This document shows, in pieces, positions 23,369-38,068 of a stretch of 64,000 bases of DNA. Origin of the DNA: Bispira polyomma. Lineage: Eukaryota. The stretch is from the NCBI GenBank assembly GCA_965649765.1, contig OZ287748.1, forward strand, positions 92,752,001 to 92,816,000. Direction: 5' to 3'. Each line of letters begins with the position of its first letter. Positions within the stretch are counted from its first letter, which is position 1. The notes beneath the pieces are model-generated. The model was given only the letters and a program-made list of their open reading frames with translations. It did no database searches and was not told where the DNA came from. Both the position numbers and the translations under genes were made by a program.

Positions 23369-24311
23369 AGGTATCACTACACTTAAATATTTGATCCCAC
23401 AATTCCTACTTGACAGTTCCTATTAACTATCTGCTCACTATTTCTCAAAGTCATAATTAATATTTAGATCTAAACTTTCACTTCAATAAATGTCCTGTCT
23501 CTACAAGCATTGCAAAGGCTAATAGGCAGTAAAGTGTAAAGCACACAGGCATCTATAATAGCCTAAAAATGCACTATTCATGAACCAGATTGACCGGATC
23601 TAAAATCTAATCTATAATCCGTATTAGTTGGAACTCCAAAATGTGACAATGTGGCAAATATTTTTTTAGTAGAAGACATGTGTATTGATCATTGGCTGAC
23701 TAGTATATGAACACAGAAAAACAATTTCATACACCACTGTAGATAGGTGTTTGCTTCAACTTTCTATGTCATTGTATTTTACAATTTTAATTCGAAAACA
23801 CTTTCTATTTAGAACCTATTAATACAATGTTATGTTCCTCAATTATTTTCATGAGGATTTGTTGATGCATCTGTATTGGTATAGTTCACTAACTGAAGAA
23901 GTTAATGAAACCGGTAAACATTTTATGAAGGATGAAATTTCACAAGATGTATCTATTTCTCATGCCAAGATCAACATTATAGTCAAATTGTACGTTAAAT
24001 ATGTTCAGTTGACAATATATAATGATGCAGCCAGATTGGACAATACACTGACTGAAGAAGTTATTGAAATGGACAAACATTTTATGTAGGATGAAATTTT
24101 CCAGGACATATCTATTTCTTATGCAAAGACCAACCTTATAATCAAATTGTACATTAAATGAAATCATTTGACAATATATAATGATGAACTTTTGCAAGGG
24201 ATGCTATTTCCGCATCAATATCTTTACAATAAGCAAGGACATCTTATTCATGGATGAAATTCAAGTATCTTTCCTAAATTGATGTAACTGATTGATGGAC
24301 GATTAAAAGCA

Positions 24312-24383
24312 GGGGGTATAGCTCAGTGGCAGAGCATTTGACTGCAGATCAAGAGGTCTCTGGTTCAACTCCAGATGCCCCCT
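24312..24383 (+). tRNA. tRNA-Cys(GCA), unit 10
   Basis: major type. Confidence 0.9.
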
Positions 24384-24444
24384 TTTGTACCATTACGTGA
24401 AATATGTAAGCATGAAAATCATAATAAAACAACCCACACTGAAT

Positions 24445-24518
24445 AGGCTCTGCTGAGATTCGAACTCAGGATCTCCTGTTTACTAGACAGGCACTTTAAC
24501 CAACTAAGCCACAGAGCC
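24445..24518 (-). tRNA. tRNA-Thr(AGT), unit 10
   Basis: major type. Confidence 0.9.
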
Positions 24519-25461
24519 AGGTATCACTACACTTAAATATTTGATCCCACAATTCCTACTTGATAGTTCCTATTAAATATCTGCTCACTATTTCTCAAAG
24601 TCATAATTAATATTTAGATCTAAACTTTCACTTCAATAAATGTCCTGTCTCTACAAGCATTGCAAAGGCTAATAGGCAGTAAAGTGTAAAGCACACAGGC
24701 ATCTATAATAGCCTAAAAATGCACTATTCATGAACCAGATTGACCGGATCTAAAATCTAATCTATAATCCGTATTAGTTGGAACTCCAAAATGTGACAAT
24801 GTGGCAAATATTTTTTTAGTAGAAGACATGTGTATTGATCATTGGCTGACTAGTATATGAACACAGAAAAACAATTTCATACACCACTGTAGATAGGTGT
24901 TTGCTACAACTTTCTATGTCATTGTATTTTACAATTTTAATTCGAAAACACTTTCTATTTAGAACCTATTAATACAATGTTATGTTCCTCAATTATTTTC
25001 ATGAGGATTTGTTGATGCATCTGTATTGGTATAGTTCACTAACTGAAGAAGTTAATGAAACCGGTAAACATTTTATGAAGGATGAAATTTCACAAGATGT
25101 ATCTATTTCTCATGCCAAGATCAACATTATAGTCAAATTGTACGTTAAATATGTTCAGTTGACAATATATAATGATGCAGCCAGATTGGACAATACACTG
25201 ACTGAAGAAGTTATTGAAATGGACAAACATTTTATGTAGGATGAAATTTTCCAGGACATATCTATTTCTTATGCAAAGACCAACCTTATAATCAAATTGT
25301 ACATTAAATGAAATCATTTGACAATATATAATGATAAACTTTTGCAAGGGATGCTATTTCCGCATCAATATCTTTACAATAAGCAAGGACATCTTATTCA
25401 TGGATGAAATTCAAGTATCTTTCCTAAATTGATGTAACTGATTGATGGACGATTAAAAGCA

Positions 25462-25533
25462 GGGGGTATAGCTCAGTGGCAGAGCATTTGACTGCAGATC
25501 AAGAGGTCTCTGGTTCAACTCCAGATGCCCCCT
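25462..25533 (+). tRNA. tRNA-Cys(GCA), unit 11
   Basis: major type. Confidence 0.9.
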
Positions 25534-25594
25534 TTTGTACCATTACGTGAAATATGTAAGCATGAAAATCATAATAAAACAACCCACACTGAAT

Positions 25595-25668
25595 AGGCTC
25601 TGCTGAGATTCGAACTCAGGATCTCCTGTTTACTAGACAGGCACTTTAACCAACTAAGCCACAGAGCC
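25595..25668 (-). tRNA. tRNA-Thr(AGT), unit 11
   Basis: major type. Confidence 0.9.
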
Positions 25669-26611
25669 AGGTATCACTACACTTAAATATTTGATCCCAC
25701 AATTCCTACTTGATAGTTCCTATTAAATATCTGCTCACTATTTCTCAAAGTCATAATTAATATTTAGATCTAAACTTTCACTTCAATAAATGTCCTGTCT
25801 CTACAAGCATTGCAAAGGCTAATAGGCAGTAAAGTGTAAAGCACACAGGCATCTATAATAGCCTAAAAATGCACTATTCATGAACCAGATTGACCGGATC
25901 TAAAATCTAATCTATAATCCGTATTAGTTGGAACTCCAAAATGTGACAATGTGGCAAATATTTTTTTAGTAGAAGACATGTGTATTGATCATTGGCTGAC
26001 TAGTATATGAACACAGAAAAACAATTTCATACACCACTGTAGATAGGTGTTTGCTACAACTTTCTATGTCATTGTATTTTACAATTTTAATTCGAAAACA
26101 CTTTCTATTTAGAACCTATTAATACAATGTTATGTTCCTCAATTATTTTCATGAGGATTTGTTGATGCATCTGTATTGGTATAGTTCACTAACTGAAGAA
26201 GTTAATGAAACCGGTAAACATTTTATGAAGGATGAAATTTCACAAGATGTATCTATTTCTCATGCCAAGATCAACATTATAGTCAAATTGTACGTTAAAT
26301 ATGTTCAGTTGACAATATATAATGATGCAGCCAGATTGGACAATACACTGACTGAAGAAGTTATTGAAATGGACAAACATTTTATGTAGGATGAAATTTT
26401 CCAGGACATATCTATTTCTTATGCAAAGACCAACCTTATAATCAAATTGTACATTAAATGAAATCATTTGACAATATATAATGATGAACTTTTGCAAGGG
26501 ATGCTATTTCCGCATCAATATCTTTACAATAAGCAAGGACATCTTATTCATGGATGAAATTCAAGTATCTTTCCTAAATTGATGTAACTGATTGATGGAC
26601 GATTAAAAGCA

Positions 26612-26683
26612 GGGGGTATAGCTCAGTGGCAGAGCATTTGACTGCAGATCAAGAGGTCTCTGGTTCAACTCCAAATGCCCCCT
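26612..26683 (+). tRNA. tRNA-Cys(GCA), unit 12, T-stem mismatch type
   Basis: CCAAA variant. Confidence 0.8.
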
Positions 26684-26744
26684 TTTGTACCATTACGTGA
26701 AATATGTAAGCATGAAAATCATAATAAAACAACCCACACTGAAT

Positions 26745-26782
26745 AGGCTCTGCTGAGATTCGACTAACTAAGCCACAGAGCC
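26745..26782 (-). pseudogene. tRNA-Thr pseudogene, net 36-bp internal deletion, unit 12
   Basis: GAGATTCGA-CT-AACTAAGCC junction; anticodon arm lost. Confidence 0.93.
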
Positions 26783-27725
26783 AGGTATCACTACACTTAA
26801 ATATTTGATCCCACAATTCCTACTTGACAGTTCCTATTAAATATCTGCTCACTATTTCTCAAAGTCATAATTAATATTTAGATCTAAACTTTCACTTCAA
26901 TAAATGTCCTGTCTCTACAAGCATTGCAAAGGCTAATAGGCAGTAAAGTGTAAAGCACACAGGCATCTATAATAGCCTAAAAATGCACTATTCATGAACC
27001 AGATTGACCGGATCTAAAATCTAATCTATAATCCGTATTAGTTGGAACTCCAAAATGTGACAATGTGGCAAATATTTTTTTAGTAGAAGACATGTGTATT
27101 GATCATTGGCTGACTAGTATATGAACACAGAAAAACAATTTCATACACCACTGTAGATAGGTGTTTGCTTCAACTTTCTATGTCATTGTATTTTACAATT
27201 TTAATTCGAAAACACTTTCTATTTAGAACCTATTAATACAATGTTATGTTCCTCAATTATTTTCATGAGGATTTGTTGATGCATCAGTATTGGTATAGTT
27301 CACTAACTGAAGAAGTTAATGAAACCGGTAAACATTTTATGAAGGATGAAATTTCACAAGATGTATCTATTTCTCATGCCAAGATCAACATTATAGTCAA
27401 ATTGTACGTTAAATATGTTCAGTTGACAATATATAATGATGCAGCCAGATTGGACAATACACTGACTGAAGAAGTTATTGAAATGGACAAACATTTTATG
27501 TAGGATGAAATTTTCCAGGACATATCTATTTCTTATGCAAAGACCAACCTTATAATCAAATTGTACATTAAATGAAATCATTTGACAATATATAATGATG
27601 AACTTTTGCAAGGGATGCTATTTCCGCATCAATATCTTTACAATAAGCAAGGACATCTTATTCATGGATGAAATTCAAGTATCTTTCCTAAATTGATGTA
27701 ACTGATTGATGGACGATTAAAAGCA

Positions 27726-27797
27726 GGGGGTATAGCTCAGTGGCAGAGCATTTGACTGCAGATCAAGAGGTCTCTGGTTCAACTCCAGATGCCCCCT
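27726..27797 (+). tRNA. tRNA-Cys(GCA), unit 13
   Basis: major type. Confidence 0.9.
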
Positions 27798-27858
27798 TTT
27801 GTACCATTACGTGAAATATGTAAGCATGAAAATCATAATAAAACAACCCACACTGAAT

Positions 27859-27932
27859 AGGCTCTGCTGAGATTCGAACTCAGGATCTCCTGTTTACTAG
27901 ACAGGCACTTTAACCAACTAAGCCACAGAGCC
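27859..27932 (-). tRNA. tRNA-Thr(AGT), unit 13
   Basis: major type. Confidence 0.9.
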
Positions 27933-28875
27933 AGGTATCACTACACTTAAATATTTGATCCCACAATTCCTACTTGATAGTTCCTATTAAATATCTGCTC
28001 ACTATTTCTCAAAGTCATAATTAATATTTAGATCTAAACTTTCACTTCAATAAATGTCCTGTCTCTACAAGCATTGCAAAGGCTAATAGGCAGTAAAGTG
28101 TAAAGCACACAGGCATCTATAATAGCCTAAAAATGCACTATTCATGAACCAGATTGACCGGATCTAAAATCTAATCTATAATCCGTATTAGTTGGAACTC
28201 CAAAATGTGACAATGTGGCAAATATTTTTTTAGTAGAAGACATGTGTATTGATCATTGGCTGACTAGTATATGAACACAGAAAAACAATTTCATACACCA
28301 CTGTAGATAGGTGTTTGCTACAACTTTCTATGTCATTGTATTTTACAATTTTAATTCGAAAACACTTTCTATTTAGAACCTATTAATACAATGTTATGTT
28401 CCTCAATTATTTTCATGAGGATTTGTTGATGCATCTGTATTGGTATAGTTCACTAACTGAAGAAGTTAATGAAACCGGTAAACATTTTATGAAGGATGAA
28501 ATTTCACAAGATGTATCTATTTCTCATGCCAAGATCAACATTATAGTCAAATTGTACGTTAAATATGTTCAGTTGACAATATATAATGATGCAGCCAGAT
28601 TGGACAATACACTGACTGAAGAAGTTATTGAAATGGACAAACATTTTATGTAGGATGAAATTTTCCAGGACATATCTATTTCTTATGCAAAGACCAACCT
28701 TATAATCAAATTGTACATTAAATGAAATCATTTGACAATATATAATGATGAACTTTTGCAAGGGATGCTATTTCCGCATCAATATCTTTACAATAAGCAA
28801 GGACATCTTATTCATGGATGAAATTCAAGTATCTTTCCTAAATTGATGTAACTGATTGATGGACGATTAAAAGCA

Positions 28876-28947
28876 GGGGGTATAGCTCAGTGGCAGAGCA
28901 TTTGACTGCAGATCAAGAGGTCTCTGGTTCAACTCCAGATGCCCCCT
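28876..28947 (+). tRNA. tRNA-Cys(GCA), unit 14
   Basis: major type. Confidence 0.9.
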
Positions 28948-29007
28948 TTTGTACCATTACGTGAAATATGTAAGCATGAAAATCATAATAAACAACCCAC
29001 ACTGAAT

Positions 29008-29081
29008 AGGCTCTGCTGAGATTCGAACTCAGGATCTCCTGTTTACTAGACAGGCACTTTAACCAACTAAGCCACAGAGCC
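29008..29081 (-). tRNA. tRNA-Thr(AGT), unit 14
   Basis: major type. Confidence 0.9.
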
Positions 29082-30024
29082 AGGTATCACTACACTTAAA
29101 TATTTGATCCCACAATTCCTACTTGATAGTTCCTATTAAATATCTGCTCACTATTTCTCAAAGTCATAATTAATATTTAGATCTAAACTTTCACTTCAAT
29201 AAATGTCCTGTCTCTACAAGCATTGCAAAGGCTAATAGGCAGTAAAGTGTAAAGCACACAGGCATCTATAATAGCCTAAAAATGCACTATTCATGAACCA
29301 GATTGACCGGATCTAAAATCTAATCTATAATCCGTATTAGTTGGAACTCCAAAATGTGACAATGTGGCAAATATTTTTTTAGTAGAAGACATGTGTATTG
29401 ATCATTGGCTGACTAGTATATGAACACAGAAAAACAATTTCATACACCACTGTAGATAGGTGTTTGCTACAACTTTCTATGTCATTGTATTTTACAATTT
29501 TAATTCGAAAACACTTTCTATTTAGAACCTATTAATACAATGTTATGTTCCTCAATTATTTTCATGAGGATTTGTTGATGCATCTGTATTGGTATAGTTC
29601 ACTAACTGAAGAAGTTAATGAAACCGGTAAACATTTTATGAAGGATGAAATTTCACAAGATGTATCTATTTCTCATGCCAAGATCAACATTATAGTCAAA
29701 TTGTACGTTAAATATGTTCAGTTGACAATATATAATGATGCAGCCAGATTGGACAATACACTGACTGAAGAAGTTATTGAAATGGACAAACATTTTATGT
29801 AGGATGAAATTTTCCAGGACATATCTATTTCTTATGCAAAGACCAACCTTATAATCAAATTGTACATTAAATGAAATCATTTGACAATATATAATGATGA
29901 ACTTTTGCAAGGGATGCTATTTCCGCATCAATATCTTTACAATAAGCAAGGACATCTTATTCATGGATGAAATTCAAGTATCTTTCCTAAATTGATGTAA
30001 CTGATTGATGGACGATTAAAAGCA

Positions 30025-30096
30025 GGGGGTATAGCTCAGTGGCAGAGCATTTGACTGCAGATCAAGAGGTCTCTGGTTCAACTCCAAATGCCCCCT
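30025..30096 (+). tRNA. tRNA-Cys(GCA), unit 15, T-stem mismatch type
   Basis: CCAAA variant. Confidence 0.8.
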
Positions 30097-30157
30097 TTTG
30101 TACCATTACGTGAAATATGTAAGCATGAAAATCATAATAAAACAACCCACACTGAAT

Positions 30158-30231
30158 AGGCTCTGCTGAGATTCGAACTCAGGATCTCCTGTTTACTAGA
30201 CAGGCACTTTAACCAACTAAGCCACAGAGCC
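30158..30231 (-). tRNA. tRNA-Thr(AGT), unit 15
   Basis: major type. Confidence 0.9.
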
Positions 30232-31174
30232 AGGTATCACTACACTTAAATATTTGATCCCACAATTCCTACTTGACAGTTCCTATTAAATATCTGCTCA
30301 CTATTTCTCAAAGTCATAATTAATATTTAGATCTAAACTTTCACTTCAATAAATGTCCTGTCTCTACAAGCATTGCAAAGGCTAATAGGCAGTAAAGTGT
30401 AAAGCACACAGGCATCTATAATAGCCTAAAAATGCACTATTCATGAACCAGATTGACCGGATCTAAAATCTAATCTATAATCCGTATTAGTTGGAACTCC
30501 AAAATGTGACAATGTGGCAAATATTTTTTTAGTAGAAGACATGTGTATTGATCATTGGCTGACTAGTATATGAACACAGAAAAACAATTTCATACACCAC
30601 TGTAGATAGGTGTTTGCTTCAACTTTCTATGTCATTGTATTTTACAATTTTAATTCGAAAACACTTTCTATTTAGAACCTATTAATACAATGTTATGTTC
30701 CTCAATTATTTTCATGAGGATTTGTTGATGCATCTGTATTGGTATAGTTCACTAACTGAAGAAGTTAATGAAACCGGTAAACATTTTATGAAGGATGAAA
30801 TTTCACAAGATGTATCTATTTCTCATGCCAAGATCAACATTATAGTCAAATTGTACGTTAAATATGTTCAGTTGACAATATATAATGATGCAGCCAGATT
30901 GGACAATACACTGACTGAAGAAGTTATTGAAATGGACAAACATTTTATGTAGGATGAAATTTTCCAGGACATATCTATTTCTTATGCAAAGACCAACCTT
31001 ATAATCAAATTGTACATTAAATGAAATCATTTGACAATATATAATGATGAACTTTTGCAAGGGATGCTATTTCCGCATCAATATCTTTACAATAAGCAAG
31101 GACATCTTATTCATGGATGAAATTCAAGTATCTTTCCTAAATTGATGTAACTGATTGATGGACGATTAAAAGCA

Positions 31175-31246
31175 GGGGGTATAGCTCAGTGGCAGAGCAT
31201 TTGACTGCAGATCAAGAGGTCTCTGGTTCAACTCCAGATGCCCCCT
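31175..31246 (+). tRNA. tRNA-Cys(GCA), unit 16
   Basis: major type. Confidence 0.9.
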
Positions 31247-31307
31247 TTTGTACCATTACGTGAAATATGTAAGCATGAAAATCATAATAAAACAACCCAC
31301 ACTGAAT

Positions 31308-31381
31308 AGGCTCTGCCGAGATTCGAACTCAGGATCTCCTGTTTACTAGACAGGCACTTTAACCAACTAAGCCAAAGAGCC
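31308..31381 (-). tRNA. tRNA-Thr(AGT), unit 16, G7T acceptor mismatch plus T-stem wobble
   Basis: plus strand reads GCCGAGA and GCCAAAGAGCC. Confidence 0.75.
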
Positions 31382-32324
31382 AGGTATCACTACACTTAAA
31401 TATTTGATCCCACAATTCCTACTTGACAGTTCCTATTAAATATCTGCTCACTATTTCTCAAAGTCATAATTAATATTTAGATCTAAACTTTCACTTCAAT
31501 AAATGTCCTGTCTCTACAAGCATTGCAAAGGCTAATAGGCAGTAAAGTGTAAAGCACACAGGCATCTATAATAGCCTAAAAATGCACTATTCATGAACCA
31601 GATTGACCGGATCTAAAATCTAATCTATAATCCGTATTAGTTGGAACTCCAAAATGTGACAATGTGGCAAATATTTTTTTAGTAGAAGACATGTGTATTG
31701 ATCATTGGCTGACTAGTATATGAACACAGAAAAACAATTTCATACACCACTGTAGATAGGTGTTTGCTTCAACTTTCTATGTCATTGTATTTTACAATTT
31801 TAATTCGAAAACACTTTCTATTTAGAACCTATTAATACAATGTTATGTTCCTCAATTATTTTCATGAGGATTTGTTGATGCATCTGTATTGGTATAGTTC
31901 ACTAACTGAAGAAGTTAATGAAACCGGTAAACATTTTATGAAGGATGAAATTTCACAAGATGTATCAATTTCTCATGCCAAGATCAACATTATAGTCAAA
32001 TTGTACGTTAAATATGTTCAGTTGACAATATATAATGATGCAGCCAGATTGGACAATACACTGACTGAAGAAGTTATTGAAATGGACAAACATTTTATGT
32101 AGGATGAAATTTTCCAGGACATATCTATTTCTTATGCAAAGACCAACCTTATAATCAAATTGTACATTAAATGAAATCATTTGACAATATATAATGATGA
32201 ACTTTTGCAAGGGATGCTATTTCCGCATCAATATCTTTACAATAAGCAAGGACATCTTATTCATGGATGAAATTCAAGTATCTTTCCTAAATTGATGTAA
32301 CTGATTGATGGACGATTAAAAGCA

Positions 32325-32396
32325 GGGGGTATAGCTCAGTGGCAGAGCATTTGACTGCAGATCAAGAGGTCTCTGGTTCAACTCCAGATGCCCCCT
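32325..32396 (+). tRNA. tRNA-Cys(GCA), unit 17
   Basis: major type. Confidence 0.9.
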
Positions 32397-32457
32397 TTTG
32401 TACCATTACGTGAAATATGTAAGCATGAAAATCATAATAAAACAACCCACACTGAAT

Positions 32458-32531
32458 AGGCTCTGCCGAGATTCGAACTCAGGATCTCCTGTTTACTAGA
32501 CAGGCACTTTAACCAACTAAGCCACAGAGCC
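32458..32531 (-). tRNA. tRNA-Thr(AGT), unit 17, T-stem U:G wobble
   Basis: CTGAG/CTCGG. Confidence 0.87.
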
Positions 32532-33475
32532 AGGTATCACTACACTTAAATATTTGATCCCACAATTCCTACTTGACAGTTCCTATTAAATATCTGCTCA
32601 CTATTTCTCAAAGTCATAATTAATATTTAGATCTAAACTTTCACTTCAATAAATGTCCTGTCTCTACAAGCATTGCAAAGGCTAATAGGCAGTAAAGTGT
32701 AAAGCACACAGGCATCTATAATAGCCTAAAAATGCACTATTCATGAACCAGATTGACCGGATCTAAAATCTAATCTATAATCCGTATTAGTTGGAACTCC
32801 AAAATGTGACAATGTGGCAAATATTTTTTTAGTAGAAGACATGTGTATTGATCATTGGCTGACTAGTATATGAACACAGAAAAACAATTTCATACACCAC
32901 TGTAGATAGGTGTTTGCTTCAACTTTCTATGTCATTGTATTTTACAATTTTAATTCGAAAACACTTTCTATTTAGAACCTATTAATACAATGTTATGTTC
33001 CTCAATTATTGTCATGAGGATTTGTTGATGCATCTGTATTGGTATAGTTCACTAACTGAAGAAGTTAATGAAACCGGTAAACATTTTATGAAGGATGAAA
33101 TTTCACAAGATGTATCTATTTCTCATGCCAAGATCAACATTATAGTCAAATTGTACGTTAAATATGTTCAGTTGACAATATATAATGATGCAGCCAGATT
33201 GGACAATACACTGACTGAAGAAGTTATTGAAATGGACAAACATTTTATGTAGGATGAAATTTTCCAGGACATATCTATTTCTTATGCAAAGACCAACCTT
33301 ATAATCAAATTGTACATTAAATGAAATCATTTGACAATATATAATGATGAACTTTTGCAAGGGATGCTATTTCCGCATCAATATCTTTACAATAAGCAAG
33401 GACATCTTATTCATGGATGAAATTCAAGTATCTTTTCTAAATTGATGTAACTGATTGATGGACGATTAAAAGCAT

Positions 33476-33547
33476 GGGGGTATAGCTCAGTGGCAGAGCA
33501 TTTCACTGCAGGTGAAGAGGTCTCTGGTTCAACTCCGGATGCCCTTT
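33476..33547 (+). tRNA. tRNA-Cys(GCA), unit 18, anticodon-stem swap type
   Basis: TTTCA CTGCAGG TGAAG; acceptor 3' side TGCCCTT. Confidence 0.7.
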
Positions 33548-33607
33548 TTGTACCATTACGTGAAATATGTAAGCAGGAAAATCATAATAAAACAACCCAG
33601 ACTTAAT

Positions 33608-33681
33608 AGGCTCTGCTGAGATTCGAACTCAGGATCTCCTGTTTACTAGACAGGCACTTTAACCAACTAAGCCACAGAGCC
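33608..33681 (-). tRNA. tRNA-Thr(AGT), unit 18
   Basis: major type. Confidence 0.9.
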
Positions 33682-34623
33682 AGGTATCACTACACTTAAA
33701 TATTTGATCCCACAATTCCTACTTGATAGTTCCTATTAAATATCTGCTCACTTTCTCAAAGTCATAATTAATATTTAGATCTAAACTTTCATTTCAATAA
33801 ATGTCCTGTCTCTACAAGCATTGCAAAGGCTAATAGGCAGTAAAGTGTAAAGCACACAGGCATCTATAATAGCCTAAAAATGCACTATTCATGAACCAGA
33901 TTGACCGGATCTAAAATCTAATCTATAATCCGTATTAGTTGGAACTCTAAAATGTGACAATGTGGCAAATAATTTTTTGGTAGAAGACATGTGTATTGAT
34001 CATTGGCTGACTAGTATATGAACACAGAAAAACAATTTCATAGACCACTGTAGATAGGTGTTTGCTTCAACTTTCTATGTCATGGTATTTTACAATTTCA
34101 ATTCGAAAACACTTTCTATTTAGAACCTATTAATACAATGTTATGTTCCTCAATTATTTTCATGAGGATTTGTTGATGCATCTGTATTGGTATAGTTCAC
34201 TGACTGAAGAAGTTATTGAAAACGGTAAACATTTTATGAAGGATGAAATTTCACAAGATGTATCTATTTCTCAAGCCAAGATCAACATTATAGTCAAATT
34301 GTACGTTAAATATGTTTAATTGACAATATATAATGATGCAGCCAGATTGTACAGTACACTGACTGAAGAAGTTATTGAAATGGACAAACATTTTATGTAG
34401 GATGAAATTTTCCAAGACATATCTATTTCTTATGCAAAGACCAACCTTATAATCAAATTGTACATTAAATGAAATCAGTTGACAATATATAATGATGAAC
34501 TTTTGCAAGGGATGCTATTTCTGCATCAATATCTTTACAATAAGCAAGGACATCTTATTCATGGATGAAATTCAAGTATCTTTCCTAAATTGATGTAACT
34601 GATTGATGGACGATTAAAAGCAG

Positions 34624-34695
34624 GGGGGTATAGCTCAGTGGCAGAGCATTTCACTGCAGGTGAAGAGGTCTCTGGTTCAACTCCGGATGCCCCTT
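34624..34695 (+). tRNA. tRNA-Cys(GCA), unit 19, anticodon-stem swap type
   Basis: TTTCA/TGAAG; acceptor 3' side TGCCCCT. Confidence 0.75.
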
Positions 34696-34755
34696 TTATA
34701 CCATTACGTGAAATATGTAAGCAGGAAAATCATAATAAAACAACCCACACTGAAT

Positions 34756-34829
34756 AGGCTCTGCTGAGATTCGAACTCAGGATCTCCTGTTTACTAGACA
34801 GGCACTTTAACCAACTAAGCCACAGAGCC
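34756..34829 (-). tRNA. tRNA-Thr(AGT), unit 19
   Basis: major type. Confidence 0.9.
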
Positions 34830-35768
34830 AGGTATCGCTACAATTAATATTTGATCCCACAATTCCTACTTGATAATTCCTATTAAATATCTGCTCACTT
34901 TCTCAAAGTCATAATTAATATTTAGATCTAAACTTTCATTTCAATAAATGTCCTGTCTCTACAAGCATTGCAAAGGCTAATAGGCAGTAAAGTGTAAAGC
35001 ACACAGGCATCTATCATAGCCTTTAAATGCGCTATTTAGAACAAGATTGACCAGATCTATAATCTAATCTATAATCCGTATTAGTTGGAACTCCAAAATG
35101 TGACAATGTGGCAAATATTGTTTTAGTAGAAGACATGTGTATTGATCATTGGCTGACTAGTATATGAACACAGAAAAACGATTTCATAGACCACTGTAGA
35201 TAGGTGTTTGCTTCAACTATCTATGTCATTGTATTTTACAATTTTAATTCGAAAACACTTTCTATTTAGAACCTATTAATACAATGTTATGTTCCTCAGT
35301 TATTTTCATCAGGATTTGTTGATGCATCTGTATTGGTATAGTTCACTGACTGAAGAAGTTAATGAAACCGGTAAACATTTTATGAAGGATGAAATTTCAC
35401 AAGATGTATGTATTTCTCATGCCAAGATCAACATTATAGTCAAATTGTACGTTAAATATGTTCAGTTGACAATATATAATGATGCAGCCAGATTGTACAA
35501 TACACTGACTGAAGAAGTTATTGAAATGGACAAACATTTTATGTAGGATGAAATTTTCCAGGACATATCTATTTCTTATGCAAAGACCAACCTTATAATC
35601 AAATTGTACATTAAATGAAATCATTTGACAATATATAATGATAAACTTTTGCAAGGGATGCTATTTCCGCATCAATATCTTTACAATAAGCAAGGACATC
35701 TTATTCATGGATGAAATTCAAGTATCTTTCCTAAATTGATGTAACTGATTGATGGACGATTAAAAGCA

Positions 35769-35840
35769 GGGGGTATAGCTCAGTGGCAGAGCATTTGACT
35801 GCAGATCAAGAGGTCTCTGGTTCAACTCCAGATGCCCCCT
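35769..35840 (+). tRNA. tRNA-Cys(GCA), unit 20
   Basis: major type. Confidence 0.9.
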
Positions 35841-35901
35841 TTTGTACCATTACGTGAAATATGTAAGCATGAAAATCATAATAAAACAACCCACACTGAA
35901 T

Positions 35902-35975
35902 AGGCTCTGCTGAGATTCGAACTCAGGATCTCCTGTTTACTAGACAGGCACTTTAACCAACTAAGCCACAGAGCC
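35902..35975 (-). tRNA. tRNA-Thr(AGT), unit 20
   Basis: major type. Confidence 0.9.
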
Positions 35976-36918
35976 AGGTATCACTACACTTAAATATTTG
36001 ATCCCGCAATTCCTACTTGATAGTTCCTATTAAATATCTGCTCACTATTTCTCAAAGTCATAATTAATATTTAGATCTAAACTTTCACTTCAATAAATGT
36101 CCTGTCTCTACAAGCATTGCAAAGGCTAATAGGCAGTAAAGTGTAAAGCACACAGGCATCTATAATAGCCTAAAAATGCACTATTCATGAACCAGATTGA
36201 CCGGATCTAAAATCTAATCTATAATCCGTATTAGTTGGAACTCCAAAATGTGACAATGTGGCAAATATTTTTTTAGTAGAAGACATGTGTATTGATCATT
36301 GGCTGACTAGTATATGAACACAGAAAAACAATTTCATACACCACTGTAGATAGGTGTTTGCTACAACTTTCTATGTCATTGTATTTTACAATTTTAATTC
36401 GAAAACACTTTCTATTTAGAACCTATTAATACAATGTTATGTTCCTCAATTATTTTCATGAGGATTTGTTGATGCATCAGTATTGGTATAGTTCACTAAC
36501 TGAAGAAGTTAATGAAACCGGTAAACATTTTATGAAGGATGAAATTTCACAAGATGTATGTATTTCTCATGCCAAGATCAACATTATAGTCAAATTGTAC
36601 GTTAAATATGTTCAGTTGACAATATATAATGATGCAGCCAGATTGGACAATACACTGACTGAAGAAGTTATTGAAATGGCCAAACATTTTATGTAGGATG
36701 AAATTTTCCAGGACATATCTATTTCTTATGCAAAGACCAACCTTATAATCAAATTGTACATTAAATGAAATCATTTGACAATATATAATGATGAACTTTT
36801 GCAAGGGATGCTATTTCCGCATCAATATCTTTACAATAAGCAAGGACATCTTATTCATGGATGAAATTCAAGTATCTTTCCTAAATTGATGTAACTGATT
36901 GATGGACGATTAAAAGCA

Positions 36919-36990
36919 GGGGGTATAGCTCAGTGGCAGAGCATTTGACTGCAGATCAAGAGGTCTCTGGTTCAACTCCAAATGCCCCCT
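36919..36990 (+). tRNA. tRNA-Cys(GCA), unit 21, T-stem mismatch type
   Basis: CCAAA variant. Confidence 0.8.
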
Positions 36991-37051
36991 TTTGTACCAT
37001 TACGTGAAATATGTAAGCATGAAAATCATAATAAAACAACCCACACTGAAT

Positions 37052-37125
37052 AGGCTCTGCTGAGATTCGAACTCAGGATCTCCTGTTTACTAGACAGGCA
37101 CTTTAACCAACTAAGCCACAGAGCC
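37052..37125 (-). tRNA. tRNA-Thr(AGT), unit 21
   Basis: major type. Confidence 0.9.
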
Positions 37126-38068
37126 AGGTATCACTACACTTAAATATTTGATCCCACAATTCCTACTTGACAGTTCCTATTAAATATCTGCTCACTATTT
37201 CTCAAAGTCATAATTAATATTTAGATCTAAACTTTCACTTCAATAAATGTCCTGTCTCTACAAGCATTGCAAAGGCTAATAGGCAGTAAAGTGTAAAGCA
37301 CACAGGCATCTATAATAGCCTAAAAATGCACTATTCATGAACCAGATTGACCGGATCTAAAATCTAATCTATAATCCGTATTAGTTGGAACTCCAAAATG
37401 TGACAATGTGGCAAATATTTTTTTAGTAGAAGACATGTGTATTGATCATTGGCTGACTAGTATATGAACACAGAAAAACAATTTCATACACCACTGTAGA
37501 TAGATGTTTGCTACAACTTTCTATGTCATTGTATTTTACAATTTTAATTCGAAAACACTTTCTATTTAGAACCTATTAATACAATGTTATGTTCCTCAAT
37601 TATTTTCATGAGGATTTGTTGATGCATCAGTATTGGTATAGTTCACTAACTGAAGAAGTTAATGAAACCGGTAAACATTTTATGAAGGATGAAATTTCAC
37701 AAGATGTATCTATTTCTCATGCCAAGATCAACATTATAGTCAAATTGTACGTTAAATATGTTCAGTTGACAATATATAATGATGCAGCCAGATTGGACAA
37801 TACACTGACTGAAGAAGTTATTGAAATGGACAAACATTTTATGTAGGATGAAATTTTCCAGGACATATCTATTTCTTATGCAAAGACCAACCTTATAATC
37901 AAATTGTACATTAAATGAAATCATTTGACAATATATAATGATAAACTTTTGCAAGGGATGCTATTTCCGCATCAATATCTTTACAATAAGCAAGGACATC
38001 TTATTCATGGATGAAATTCAAGTATCTTTCCTAAATTGATGTAACTGATTGATGGACGATTAAAAGCA

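Noticed and set aside
33476-33547. Selenocysteine or opal tRNA because the variant arm contains TCA
   Set aside because: TCA lies in the stem; the anticodon remains GCA and there is no long variable arm
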